A DNA stretch of 64,000 nt, taken from positions 16,468 to 80,467 of the IMG/VR virus record IMGVR_UViG_3300021092_002038; one strand, given 5' to 3'. Below the pieces are notes generated by a model. It saw only the letters and a list, made by a program, of their open reading frames with translations. It was not told the DNA's origin and did not search any database. Shown here piece after piece: positions 1 through 9,227 of the stretch. Source of the stretch: a virus. Positions within the stretch are counted from its first letter, which is position 1; the number at the start of each line of letters is the position of its first letter. The translations under genes and the position numbers were made by a program.

Positions 1-349
1 CAGTAATTTTTTTGTCTCCTTCGTCTATGTTAGGAAATCCATCTTCAGTGTCGACCTCAATATCTAAAAATACAATTCTATGTCCGGTTGAGGGTTCGTC
101 GGAATTTTCGTAAGCATCTATTAAAACTTTGGTGGTTATAGGCACATCGCTTTCAAACAAACTCGGATCTCTAGGAGAAAACTTTGTGATTTTTTCAAGC
201 TCATCACCATATAAAGATTTATATCTTCCTCCGGATTTTCTTCTGTAAGCATAAGTTACGTCTGATTCAGGAATCGTCATTTTCCCCCGTTGGTCATCCC
301 AAACGTAAATTATTCCTTCTTTTTTACTATGAAAAATATTTTGATACAT
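1..349 (-). CDS. Family B DNA polymerase, N-terminal part (runs off the left window edge)
   Basis: Not in ORF track; hand translation from ATG at 349 gives MYQNIFHSKKEGIIYVWDD...LFESDV...HRIVFLDIEVDTEDGFP, with the ExoI-type DIE motif of PolB proofreading domains. Confidence 0.8.
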   Translation of the reverse strand, partial: MYQNIFHSKKEGIIYVWDDQRGKMTIPESDVTYAYRRKSGGRYKSLYGDELEKITKFSPRDPSLFESDVPITTKVLIDAYENSDEPSTGHRIVFLDIEVDTEDGFPNIDEGDKKIT

Positions 350-355
350 TATTCT

Positions 356-583
356 TTATTGTATTTGAAATTTTTCTTTGAGACAACTAAATATATGTCT
401 TCCGGCCTCTGCAATCTGTGGTTCAGCGTTTTTAATTATAAATTCTAAATATTTAGTTTTTAAAAATGGAATTATAGATTTTGTGAATTCATAAGGTAAA
501 ATTCTAGGCTGAGTTGTATTTAGGATATACAACAACATATTTAACTCGTCTTCATTTAAGGAATTCAATCGTTCTAATTTCAC
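356..583 (-). CDS. Hypothetical protein
   Basis: 75-aa ORF tightly packed between neighbours on the same strand. Confidence 0.55.
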   Translation of the reverse strand: MKLERLNSLNEDELNMLLYILNTTQPRILPYEFTKSIIPFLKTKYLEFIIKNAEPQIAEAGRHIFSCLKEKFQIQ

Positions 584-613
584 GATTAAATTTTACCACC
601 TAAAAAAAACATG

Positions 614-1375
614 TCAACGAATTTTTATCCCAATAACTTTTTTATCGATCAAAACAAACATTGTTTCGTTTGAAAGTGAAACCAAATCATTGCAACTCTG
701 TGTAATAGTTTTAACGTCATCCGGTTGTATTGGTTTAATAACAGCCGTTGGTCTGCCGTTATTCATGGTATCCATTCCTTTTAGAGAAAGACTATAATAT
801 GTAGATACGTGTGCAAAATTTCCTTCTGCGATTTTTAATTCTTTACTCTCAATAACCTTATGAATTGTAGCAGATCCTTCAAGAACCGCGATCACCGTCG
901 TTTTATCTTGAACTACTATACGAAACTTTCCGACTTTTAAAGTCATCGATACTCTAGGAGTTTGCAACATAAATATTCCGTTTGTGGATGTATTAACCAC
1001 ATCTAATACTCCTGACATTAAACTGAATACATAATTTTGGTTATCGCACACGAGTATCGAAGGTACTGTCGTATTATTTTTAATGGTTGATGAAAAAGTA
1101 TGCAATTTTAGCTGTGAATTTTCATTCAAAGAAACTAATGTTCGATCTGAAAATTGAAATTTAAATGTGGAATTGGTAGTTGTTTCAAAATCAATCTGAC
1201 AATTTTCGTGTTTATACGTATTTCCTAAAATTATATTGTTGGTTATAATTTTACCATCGTCTTGAAAAATCAGATTGTTTATCGTACCTACTTGTTTTAA
1301 AGGATAGTAAGACACGGTGTCTTGTGAAAAAGCTGACACAGTTAGTAATAAAAGAGTATAAATTATGTTTTTCAT
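614..1375 (-). CDS. Exported FecR-domain-like protein
   Basis: Signal peptide MKNIIYTLLLLTVSAFSQ; FecR-like pattern FSDRTLVSLNENSQL ... LQTPRVSMTLKVGKF ... TTVIAVLEGSATI; ATG at 1375 preferred to the TTG at 1381. Confidence 0.65.
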   Translation of the reverse strand: MKNIIYTLLLLTVSAFSQDTVSYYPLKQVGTINNLIFQDDGKIITNNIILGNTYKHENCQIDFETTTNSTFKFQFSDRTLVSLNENSQLKLHTFSSTIKNNTTVPSILVCDNQNYVFSLMSGVLDVVNTSTNGIFMLQTPRVSMTLKVGKFRIVVQDKTTVIAVLEGSATIHKVIESKELKIAEGNFAHVSTYYSLSLKGMDTMNNGRPTAVIKPIQPDDVKTITQSCNDLVSLSNETMFVLIDKKVIGIKIR

Positions 1376-1426
1376 AATCAAATATAAGTAGTAGACATCT
1401 AAGATAAAAGATGATATTCATAAAGT

Positions 1427-2305
1427 ATGGATGAAAATAATAAGAAAAAAGTAAGTTACTCTCAATATTCTAACTGGTTTAAATGTCCTCATAGATGGTA
1501 TTTAGACTACGTAAAAAATCTCAGAACATTTGAGGGTTCGATAAATACATGCTTTGGCACCGCTATACACGAAGTTATACAAACTTATGTAGAAACTTTA
1601 TATACAAAAGGACATGAAGAGGCCGAGAAATTAAATGTAAATGCACATTTTAAAGAGGTATTCGAGAAAGAATTGAAGAACGAAAAAAATGCAGTCAAAT
1701 ATACTGAAGAAGAATTTGTTGAATTTTGTTTTGACGGCGAAGATATTTTGACCACCTTTTTATCTACGGCGAATCGACTTAAACATTTTCCCAGTAAAAA
1801 ATATGAATTTATAGGCGCAGAATTGCCCTTGGAAGTTGATATAAAAAACAATGTGGTATTTGTAGCATTTATAGACTTGGTATTAAGAGATAAAGAAACA
1901 GGAAAATATAAAATAATTGATTTTAAAACTTCTTCAAGTGGTTGGAACAGTTATATGAAAGAAGATGAAAGTAAATATAGTCAATTGCTTCTATATAAGG
2001 CTTTTTATAGTAAGAAATTTAATGTGTCTCTGAGTGAGATAGAAGTGGAATTTTTAATTCTAAAGAGAAAATTATATGAGAGTGTAAACTTTCCACAAAG
2101 TCGTATTCAAAAATTTGTTCCAACAAATCATTCTCCCGCGATTGCACAATCTTTGAACGGATTTACTTTATTTATAAATGAATGTTTTAATTCTGATGGA
2201 ACTTATAAGGTCGATGGAAAATATTTAAAAGTCCCTGGAAAAGGAAAGAAAAATTGCAAATACTGCAATCATAAAAAAGTAAATTGTGATGCAAAGGAAG
2301 ATTAA
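1427..2305 (+). CDS. PD-(D/E)XK RecB/Cas4-like exonuclease
   Basis: SYSQ..CP, FGTAIHE, FIDLV, IIDFKT, QLLLY motifs and C-terminal CKYC...C cluster. Confidence 0.85.
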   Translation: MDENNKKKVSYSQYSNWFKCPHRWYLDYVKNLRTFEGSINTCFGTAIHEVIQTYVETLYTKGHEEAEKLNVNAHFKEVFEKELKNEKNAVKYTEEEFVEFCFDGEDILTTFLSTANRLKHFPSKKYEFIGAELPLEVDIKNNVVFVAFIDLVLRDKETGKYKIIDFKTSSSGWNSYMKEDESKYSQLLLYKAFYSKKFNVSLSEIEVEFLILKRKLYESVNFPQSRIQKFVPTNHSPAIAQSLNGFTLFINECFNSDGTYKVDGKYLKVPGKGKKNCKYCNHKKVNCDAKED

Positions 2306-2583
2306 TATGTTGCTATTAAATTGCCGTCATTATAAAATTTCAAAAAAGAAACAGAGTGTTTTATTTTTATAGTATATGCATATGAACTTATATATGTTAC
2401 AGCTATGTATTCATACATTTGTTTACATTCTTTTAGCTTTATTTCCTTTTCTCGGGGTTGTGCACAGTTGCATAAAGCAATATATTGATCTACAGTTTTT
2501 ACAAAATTATCAAATGGAGAATTATTTTGTAATCCTGATTCTTTTATTAAATTATACAATTGTGTAAAATTGTTTATGTTCAC
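2302..2583 (-). CDS. Hypothetical protein
   Basis: 93-aa ORF, 4-bp overlap with upstream gene (translational coupling). Confidence 0.55.
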   Translation of the reverse strand: MNINNFTQLYNLIKESGLQNNSPFDNFVKTVDQYIALCNCAQPREKEIKLKECKQMYEYIAVTYISSYAYTIKIKHSVSFLKFYNDGNLIATY

Positions 2584-2921
2584 TGTATATTAATTAATTT
2601 TGATAATAAATAGTAACTCGTCAAAATAATTAAAACGTGAAAACAATATATTCCTAAACTAAAAGTATAAAACAGAATCGGCAAACACAACCATACTGAC
2701 AAGCATATTGGGCAAGTAATTAGTCGTGTAAAAAAATTATTGTGATATTTTCTTAAATATAAATGATAGTTTAATTCAAAATCTTGAAGTTTTTCTTTTT
2801 CAAATTTATCTACCTTAAATAATTTAGACAAACGAAATAATTTTACATATTCCAAAAATGCATCAGTTTTGAACCACACTATTAATAATAGCACAAAAAT
2901 AAATATATAATTGTATTTCAT
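2580..2921 (-). CDS. Small membrane protein with CxxC motif (DUF1360-like)
   Basis: Hydrophobic segments plus LITCPICLSVW motif. Confidence 0.55.
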   Translation of the reverse strand: MKYNYIFIFVLLLIVWFKTDAFLEYVKLFRLSKLFKVDKFEKEKLQDFELNYHLYLRKYHNNFFTRLITCPICLSVWLCLPILFYTFSLGIYCFHVLIILTSYYLLSKLINIQ

Positions 2922-2976
2922 AATATTTAATGATATAAATGTCGTATATATATATGTGTGTAAATATTAATTTGTT

Positions 2977-3819
2977 ATGAAAGGAATTATTTTATCTGGC
3001 GGTAATGGTAGTAGATTATATCCGCTTACGACAGCAATAAACAAACAGTTGCTTCCCGTATATGATAAACCAATGATATATTATCCTTTAAGCACCATGA
3101 TTGGGTGCAGCATAAGAGAATATTGCATTATAAGCACACCTGAATATTTGCCTTTGTATAAAAAAATGTTTGGCGCCGGACAACATTTGGGTTTGGATAT
3201 TTGTTATAAAGTTCAAGAATACCCTCGTGGAATTTCAGAATCATTCATAATCGCGGAAGATTTTATTGGGAATAACGATGTGGGTCTAATACTCGGAGAC
3301 AATATTTTTCACGGTCCAATAAAAATTAAATCTGATTTAAACGATGCGATTATATTCGCGTATCAAGTAAACAATCCACGTGATTATGGCGTAGTCGAAT
3401 TTGATGAAACTAATAAAGTTATTTCTATTGAAGAAAAACCTATAAATCCAAAAAGTAATTTCGTTGTTCCAGGTTTATATTTTTATAACAATGATGTGGT
3501 AAAATATTCTAAAAAATTGAAACCTTCTTCAAGAGGAGAATTAGAAATTACCGATCTAAACCGAATTTATTTAAAACAGAATAGGTTGTCTGTTATTAAA
3601 TTTTCTAGAGGCACCGTGTGGTTGGATGCCGGCACTCCAAGTTCTTTATATCAAAGCGGAGCCTACGTTCAGACTATACAAGAAAGACAAGGTATAAAAA
3701 TTGGATGTGTTGAAGAAGAATGTTATAGAAAAAAATTTATAAATAAAAAACAATTATCTAATATAGTTGATAAGATGCCTAAGAGCGAGTACAAAGATTA
3801 TTTAAACAAAATATTATGA
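2977..3819 (+). CDS. rmlA: Glucose-1-phosphate thymidylyltransferase
   Basis: KGIILSGGNGSRLYPLT, KQLLPVYDKPMIYYPL, LGDNIF, EEKP, RGELEITD, WLDAGT. Confidence 0.95.
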   Translation: MKGIILSGGNGSRLYPLTTAINKQLLPVYDKPMIYYPLSTMIGCSIREYCIISTPEYLPLYKKMFGAGQHLGLDICYKVQEYPRGISESFIIAEDFIGNNDVGLILGDNIFHGPIKIKSDLNDAIIFAYQVNNPRDYGVVEFDETNKVISIEEKPINPKSNFVVPGLYFYNNDVVKYSKKLKPSSRGELEITDLNRIYLKQNRLSVIKFSRGTVWLDAGTPSSLYQSGAYVQTIQERQGIKIGCVEEECYRKKFINKKQLSNIVDKMPKSEYKDYLNKIL

Positions 3820-4682
3820 TTATATTATTCGGATCAAGTGGATATATTGGAAGTGAATTTAAAAGACAATTAGAACAATTAAATTTGGATTTTTACTGTT
3901 GGCCTAATACAGCAAACACTACTATTTTTCAATTAAACGAATGGTATAAAAATTTTGGATGTAAAAAAATTGATATTGTAATTAACAGTGCGGCTTATAT
4001 AGGAAAACCTAATGTTGAAGTGTGCGAATACAATAAAGAATTGACTATATTAGGAAATATTGTGTGGCCTAATACTATTACTACTTGGTGTAAGATGAAT
4101 AATATTCCATTGGGACATATTTCCTCTGGTTGTATTTATTCTGGTTGTAAATCTGATGGAGAATCATTTACTGAAGAAGATGTGCCTAATTTAACATTTA
4201 TACAAAATAATTGCAGTTTTTATGGTGGCACAAAAGCATTATCAGAAAAAATAGTTAAAGAATGGGAAAACTCTTACATTTGGAGAATCAGATTGCCGTT
4301 TGATGAATGTGATAATAATAGAAACTATCTAACTAAATTAATAAACTACGATAAATTGTTGATAGCCGAAAACTCTTTATCAAATAGAAAAGAATTAGTT
4401 ACTGCGTGTATAAAGACATTTACTAAAAAAGTTCCGTTTGGAATTTATAATGTAGTGAACGATGGTTATATTACTACTGAAAAAGTAGTAGAAAAAATTA
4501 AAAATACTATTAAAAAAGATAAAATATTTAATTTGATAACTGAAAAAGAGTTTTATAATACTATAAGTTCTCTTCCACGATCAAACTGTATTATAAGTAA
4601 TAATAAATTAAAATCGGTGGGTATTAATATGATGGATGTATACGACTCAATTGATTACTGTCTATTGAATTGGAAATATTAA
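3816..4682 (+). CDS. RmlD-like dTDP-4-dehydrorhamnose reductase (SDR, NRS/ER-like subtype)
   Basis: GSSGYIG Rossmann motif, GKPNVEVCE, SSGCIY, catalytic YxxxK (FYGGTK); coupled to rmlA. Confidence 0.8.
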   Translation: MIILFGSSGYIGSEFKRQLEQLNLDFYCWPNTANTTIFQLNEWYKNFGCKKIDIVINSAAYIGKPNVEVCEYNKELTILGNIVWPNTITTWCKMNNIPLGHISSGCIYSGCKSDGESFTEEDVPNLTFIQNNCSFYGGTKALSEKIVKEWENSYIWRIRLPFDECDNNRNYLTKLINYDKLLIAENSLSNRKELVTACIKTFTKKVPFGIYNVVNDGYITTEKVVEKIKNTIKKDKIFNLITEKEFYNTISSLPRSNCIISNNKLKSVGINMMDVYDSIDYCLLNWKY

Positions 4683-5449
4683 TGTAATGTTTTTAAATTT
4701 GTTTCTGAATTATGTTTTATATAAGACCCCCATTTATATTTTGAATATTCGTGGCCGATCATTTCTGTAGTTTGTCTTTTCAAATTTGATTCTGAATTGA
4801 TATTAGTAGTTAAACTGACAAAATGATAAAAATGTGTTCTGTATGTTCTTAACATTTTTAAACCTGCCAGTTGACATTTAAGAAAAAATTCCCAATCAGC
4901 AACAACTCCTAATTCATAATTTTCATCCCACCCTCCTAATTTTAAATAATCTAATTTCGACATAAATATAGGAGGAGTTGACCCGGTTTCTTCAATCACA
5001 TTTTTGTTTATAGAATTTACATATTCCCATAAATTTTCCAGATCAAATGTTTTTGGATCCCTTCCTAAATTTGTAATTACAAACTGTTTAAACATACTAG
5101 GAATAGGTTCTATATGATTTGGTGTTAATACTGTATTTGGTCTATAATCTTCGTTTAAGATTACATCCCAATTTTTTGGAAATACATTATCATCGTTAAC
5201 TAATAAAATGTTTTTAAATGAACTATTATATACTCCTAAGTTCATTCCTTTACATAATCCGACATTTTGTTCTAAGTTTAGAATTTCTATAGAATCTGCA
5301 TATTTTTCTAATACATGTTTATTAAGATCATAAAATCCATCAACCACTACTATAATTTGATTTTTATATTTTTGACCTAGTACAGCCGATTTAATGCATA
5401 AGTCTAAAGACTCTGGCGATTTATATGTTGGTATTATTACAGAGATCAC
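4679..5449 (-). CDS. Glycosyltransferase family 2
   Basis: ISVIIPTY, IIVVVDG, NDD, GGWDE, DWEF motifs. Confidence 0.85.
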   Translation of the reverse strand: MISVIIPTYKSPESLDLCIKSAVLGQKYKNQIIVVVDGFYDLNKHVLEKYADSIEILNLEQNVGLCKGMNLGVYNSSFKNILLVNDDNVFPKNWDVILNEDYRPNTVLTPNHIEPIPSMFKQFVITNLGRDPKTFDLENLWEYVNSINKNVIEETGSTPPIFMSKLDYLKLGGWDENYELGVVADWEFFLKCQLAGLKMLRTYRTHFYHFVSLTTNINSESNLKRQTTEMIGHEYSKYKWGSYIKHNSETNLKTLH

Positions 5450-5451
5450 AT

Positions 5452-6678
5452 TTAGATTACTTTTATGTCCGGCACTAAAATTATAAATTTATTTTCATAA
5501 ATATTTTCAAGTGATTTGATAATATAATTCGCAAAATTATGCGCTAATATTAGAATATAATCTGGCGTTTTTTCTTTTAATATTTCTTTAGATACAATTT
5601 GAATTCCAGTTCCTGGTATAAACTTACCTTGTTTTATATCGGTGTCATCAATTACATAATCAATATGAGTGTAATCAATACCCATAGCGTTTAAGTATAT
5701 ACATCCTTTTGCTGCGGCTCCAAATCCAAATATAGTTTTATTCTCTTTTTTGATCGATTTGATAAAGTCAGAAGAACTTTTAATATGACTATACACATTA
5801 TTACCCCAATTTAAATAATACTCTAAATTGTATTTCTTTTCGTGCGTTAAGAACTCTTCGACTGTATTATCTGAATTGAAATTTGAGTTTTTCTTAGTGA
5901 TGATTAACCTCAAAGATCCACCATGCATGTTTTGTTTTGTGATGTTAACTATTTTTAGATTATGTTTTTCCATCAACATTTTAATTGGAGTAACTGAATG
6001 ATAATACATATGTTCATGATAAATTTGATCAAATTGATTTGTTTCCATATTATGGATCCAATATGGAAACTCTAATAACCAAATTCCATTATCTGATAAT
6101 AGGTGTTCTATTCCTTTTGCAAAACTATTTATATCTTTTAAATGTTGAAATACATTTGTTGATGTTATTACTTCAAATTTATTTTTTATAGTTAAAGATA
6201 CTTCGTAATTAAAAAAATTGACATTGACAGGAATACCTTTTTCAAGACACAACTTTGTTAAGTTTTGTGAGGGGTCTATATTTAGAAGATTCAATTTTTT
6301 GTTTGTTGTATTTTTAAACATTTCTAATAAAGTTCCATCATTTCCACCTATGTCTGCTATGTTAATACCGTCTTGAACGTTCACATAATTTTGAATATAT
6401 TGAAACATAGTTTTACAATGTGTATGATATGGTATATTTACTTGAGATTTAAATAAATAATTTGAAAACAATAGATTGCTATCAACGGCAAAGTCTAAGC
6501 TAGATTGTCCTGATGAAGGATAGTAATTTACATTTAGAGGAAATGTAGTCGCAGTAAGAGATTCTTCTTTAGTTAGACATAAATTATTTACTAAAGGAAT
6601 TTCTCCTAAACTAAAGTATTTTATTTTATTAGTATTACCCGTAATCGGACAATTATTTATAACAGAATGATTATACAT
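5452..6678 (-). CDS. NDP-sugar C-methyltransferase (SAM-dependent)
   Basis: DIGGNDGTLL SAM motif, FDQIYHEH, HGGSLR, FGAAAKG, KQGKFIPGTGI. Confidence 0.85.
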   Translation of the reverse strand: MYNHSVINNCPITGNTNKIKYFSLGEIPLVNNLCLTKEESLTATTFPLNVNYYPSSGQSSLDFAVDSNLLFSNYLFKSQVNIPYHTHCKTMFQYIQNYVNVQDGINIADIGGNDGTLLEMFKNTTNKKLNLLNIDPSQNLTKLCLEKGIPVNVNFFNYEVSLTIKNKFEVITSTNVFQHLKDINSFAKGIEHLLSDNGIWLLEFPYWIHNMETNQFDQIYHEHMYYHSVTPIKMLMEKHNLKIVNITKQNMHGGSLRLIITKKNSNFNSDNTVEEFLTHEKKYNLEYYLNWGNNVYSHIKSSSDFIKSIKKENKTIFGFGAAAKGCIYLNAMGIDYTHIDYVIDDTDIKQGKFIPGTGIQIVSKEILKEKTPDYILILAHNFANYIIKSLENIYENKFIILVPDIKVI

Positions 6679-6679
6679 A

Positions 6680-7381
6680 TTAAATTTTTTCCCACTCTAT
6701 AAATGGACTTAACCAAGGCAATTCGCTATGTGTAGACTTTCCTGGCACGGAAGAAATTACAGATCTATCCTGAATTTGAACTAATTCACAAAAAGCGTCG
6801 TAGTCTCTTGGATACGATGTTAATAAATATTTTTCCCATATTTGTTTATCTTTTTTTATTGTAGAACCTTTTGATCCAAATGTCATTGTAGTTGAATTTG
6901 TTAATTTCCAATGAAAATGTTCAGTTCTTACTAATCTTGTTATTTCACCGCCATTTTCTATCTGTGGATTGCCGCCAAATTGAGCATCAATATACTTATC
7001 TGGACAATCATACAACGTAACATAATTTGCTATATCCAATCCCTCTTTTAAAGCTAGAAAACATCCATCTACATATAGGTAATCGTCTTCTGCAAAATAA
7101 ACAAACTCATTATCAGCAACTTCTTCACATGCTCTATAAAGACAGTGACGAAATGAATGTGCGTTATTTAACGATGTATTTTCTCTTATTATGTTTGATT
7201 TACATTTTGAGTCTATAAATTTACTCAAATTTGGATCGTTAACATTATCTGCAATTATATAAATCTGATTTTCTGTTACATCAAAATATTTTAGAAAAAT
7301 TTCTAAACAATGTTCTTTAGTTGCATTTGGTAATCTATTCTTTTTATAAGAATTATTGCTAATACGATAATATATTTTCAT
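6680..7381 (-). CDS. GT-A fold glycosyltransferase-like protein
   Basis: IIADN and YFAEDDYL (DxD-like) motifs; within glycan cluster. Confidence 0.65.
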   Translation of the reverse strand: MKIYYRISNNSYKKNRLPNATKEHCLEIFLKYFDVTENQIYIIADNVNDPNLSKFIDSKCKSNIIRENTSLNNAHSFRHCLYRACEEVADNEFVYFAEDDYLYVDGCFLALKEGLDIANYVTLYDCPDKYIDAQFGGNPQIENGGEITRLVRTEHFHWKLTNSTTMTFGSKGSTIKKDKQIWEKYLLTSYPRDYDAFCELVQIQDRSVISSVPGKSTHSELPWLSPFIEWEKI

Positions 7382-7390
7382 ATTTATTGT

Positions 7391-7513
7391 TTACTTATAA
7401 TCAGATAAATCGTAAATGCCTATAACATTATATCCTGGTTTATTTTGTAAAACCCAATCCGTAAATCTTGCTCCAATTAATCCTGCCACTACTGTAATTA
7501 TTACATTTTTCAT
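7391..7513 (-). pseudogene. 5' remnant of NAD-dependent epimerase/dehydratase
   Basis: Hand translation MKNVIITVVAGLIGARFTDWVLQNKPGYNVIGIYDLSDYK*: first Rossmann beta-alpha-beta unit only, with the first Gly of GxxGxxG replaced by Val. Confidence 0.7.
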
Positions 7514-7517
7514 ATGA

Positions 7518-8339
7518 TTAAATTTCTATTACTGGTTGATCTGACCAATGTAAATGACACAAATTTCCAAATCTTTTATATAAAACATTTTTATGACTGC
7601 CATCTATTATTTTAGAAAATTTTATCAAATTTATAATTGAATCTATCTCTGCATCATTTAGTAACATATGACTGGATAGTTTGTTTTCAACTACGGTCTT
7701 TTTGAGAAATGATTCACAATCACAGTTTGGAATACATTCCCATGGTTTTTGATTTATATCTTTTCGATCTTTATATATTTTATACAATTCATATATAGAT
7801 TCTTTATTCGGATAGAATTTTATTTTATTTTTTATGATATAAAAATAGGTTTGTGGGTAAAAATATTCTTTAGATTTGACCTTTTCTTTTAAAGTATTAT
7901 TATCTTCATCTTTATTCTGAATAAAGTAATAATATCCTAAATTATTAATATAATAAAAGTCAGATGGAACGATGTCTATGTTGAATATATCAGTATTTAC
8001 TATAGTATCGTTTGAAAATTTCCATATATATTCATATTGACCTAATTGACTTCCTCGTTCGTATATCACATATTCAATTAAAAATGTACCAAATGTATGA
8101 CCTAAATTTTCTGAAAATATAAACTCTACAATAGAATCAGGAAACATTTTTTTTATTGTTTTTTCAGAAAAGTCGCATAGATTTTTGTCACCATTAACAC
8201 TATAAATAATATAAGGAAATTTACTTAAAAAGTCTTTATTATATTCTACATACTCAAGGAATTTAATTACATCTTCTTCTTTTATTAAAGTTCCGACTGA
8301 AGAAAATATTGATTTTTTTAAAATGTCGTTTAGTGTCAT
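7518..8339 (-). CDS. Hypothetical protein, possibly glycosyltransferase-related
   Basis: 273-aa ORF in glycan cluster; ENLGHTFG and KFSND segments loosely resemble GT-A motifs. Confidence 0.5.
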   Translation of the reverse strand: MTLNDILKKSIFSSVGTLIKEEDVIKFLEYVEYNKDFLSKFPYIIYSVNGDKNLCDFSEKTIKKMFPDSIVEFIFSENLGHTFGTFLIEYVIYERGSQLGQYEYIWKFSNDTIVNTDIFNIDIVPSDFYYINNLGYYYFIQNKDEDNNTLKEKVKSKEYFYPQTYFYIIKNKIKFYPNKESIYELYKIYKDRKDINQKPWECIPNCDCESFLKKTVVENKLSSHMLLNDAEIDSIINLIKFSKIIDGSHKNVLYKRFGNLCHLHWSDQPVIEI

Positions 8340-8365
8340 AATTATATTTTAAATTAGGTAATTTA

Positions 8366-8524
8366 TTAAATTATAGTAAAACAGTCATTTTTATTTAATT
8401 TAAACGATTCTATTACCCATGATATAATTTTTTTTCCAAAAACAGGAGTTAATACTTTTGGTAAATTATAGTCTGCAATTTTAAATCGTTCTCCTTTTCC
8501 TCCAAGTGGAATCACTATATTCAT
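8366..8524 (-). pseudogene. 5' remnant of sugar-phosphate nucleotidyltransferase
   Basis: Hand translation MNIVIPLGGKGERFKIADYNLPKVLTPVFGKKIISWVIESFKLNKNDCFTII*: GxGxRF...PK motif then stop after 52 aa. Confidence 0.7.
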
Positions 8525-8555
8525 GTTATTTGAAATTTGTATTTTTTAGGATTAT

Positions 8556-9224
8556 TCACAATCCTCTATTTTCTTCCTCTGTAAAGTCTCTATTATATCT
8601 TAAATTTGTGTTTTCTTGTTTTTCAATTGTTTTATTATGAATTAATGCAAAATCAAGATCCTCTGGAAATCTAGAATATGTCTTTGTATGTTCAATTCGT
8701 TCATGTAATTTTCTTTCCCATTTTATATATTCTTTATTTTGAAAAATTCTACTTTGATAATCCGGCCAATTAACAATCTTTCTATCTTTATATTCCGTCA
8801 GTCTCCATCCCCACTTATTTGCATGTTGTTGAGTAACACCAACAAAATCGTTAATTCTTGGAATCCAGAACAATTCAACATCTTCGTTTTCTTTCAAAAT
8901 ATCTTTTAAGTTTTCCATTAAAATTTTCGAGGGAATTTCATCGGCATCAATTTGAAATACCCATTTTCCTTTGCACAAAGATTTTCCATAATTTTTATGT
9001 TCGCCATAATTTTTATCTAAATGGTGTTTATAAACTTTAAAAAATCCATTAGAATTTTTTTCTACATTTTGCAAAACCGACAAAGTATCCACGTCATCGC
9101 TATAATCGTCTAAAATAATAGTTTCTGCGTCATCCTTGTATTTGAAAAGAGTGTCAAATAAAAATTGTAATGAATATCCTTCATTTTTACACGTAACTAA
9201 ATAACTTATAAAAGGTTTATTCAC
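8556..9224 (-). CDS. Glycosyltransferase family 2
   Basis: ISYLVTCKNE, ILDDYS, FQIDADE, WPDYQSR, LHE motifs. Confidence 0.85.
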   Translation of the reverse strand: MNKPFISYLVTCKNEGYSLQFLFDTLFKYKDDAETIILDDYSDDVDTLSVLQNVEKNSNGFFKVYKHHLDKNYGEHKNYGKSLCKGKWVFQIDADEIPSKILMENLKDILKENEDVELFWIPRINDFVGVTQQHANKWGWRLTEYKDRKIVNWPDYQSRIFQNKEYIKWERKLHERIEHTKTYSRFPEDLDFALIHNKTIEKQENTNLRYNRDFTEEENRGL

Positions 9225-9227
9225 AAT

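Noticed and set aside
1427-2305. Cas4-like nuclease as evidence of a CRISPR system
   Set aside because: No repeat-spacer array or other cas genes in the window; solo Cas4/RecB-like nucleases are common in phages
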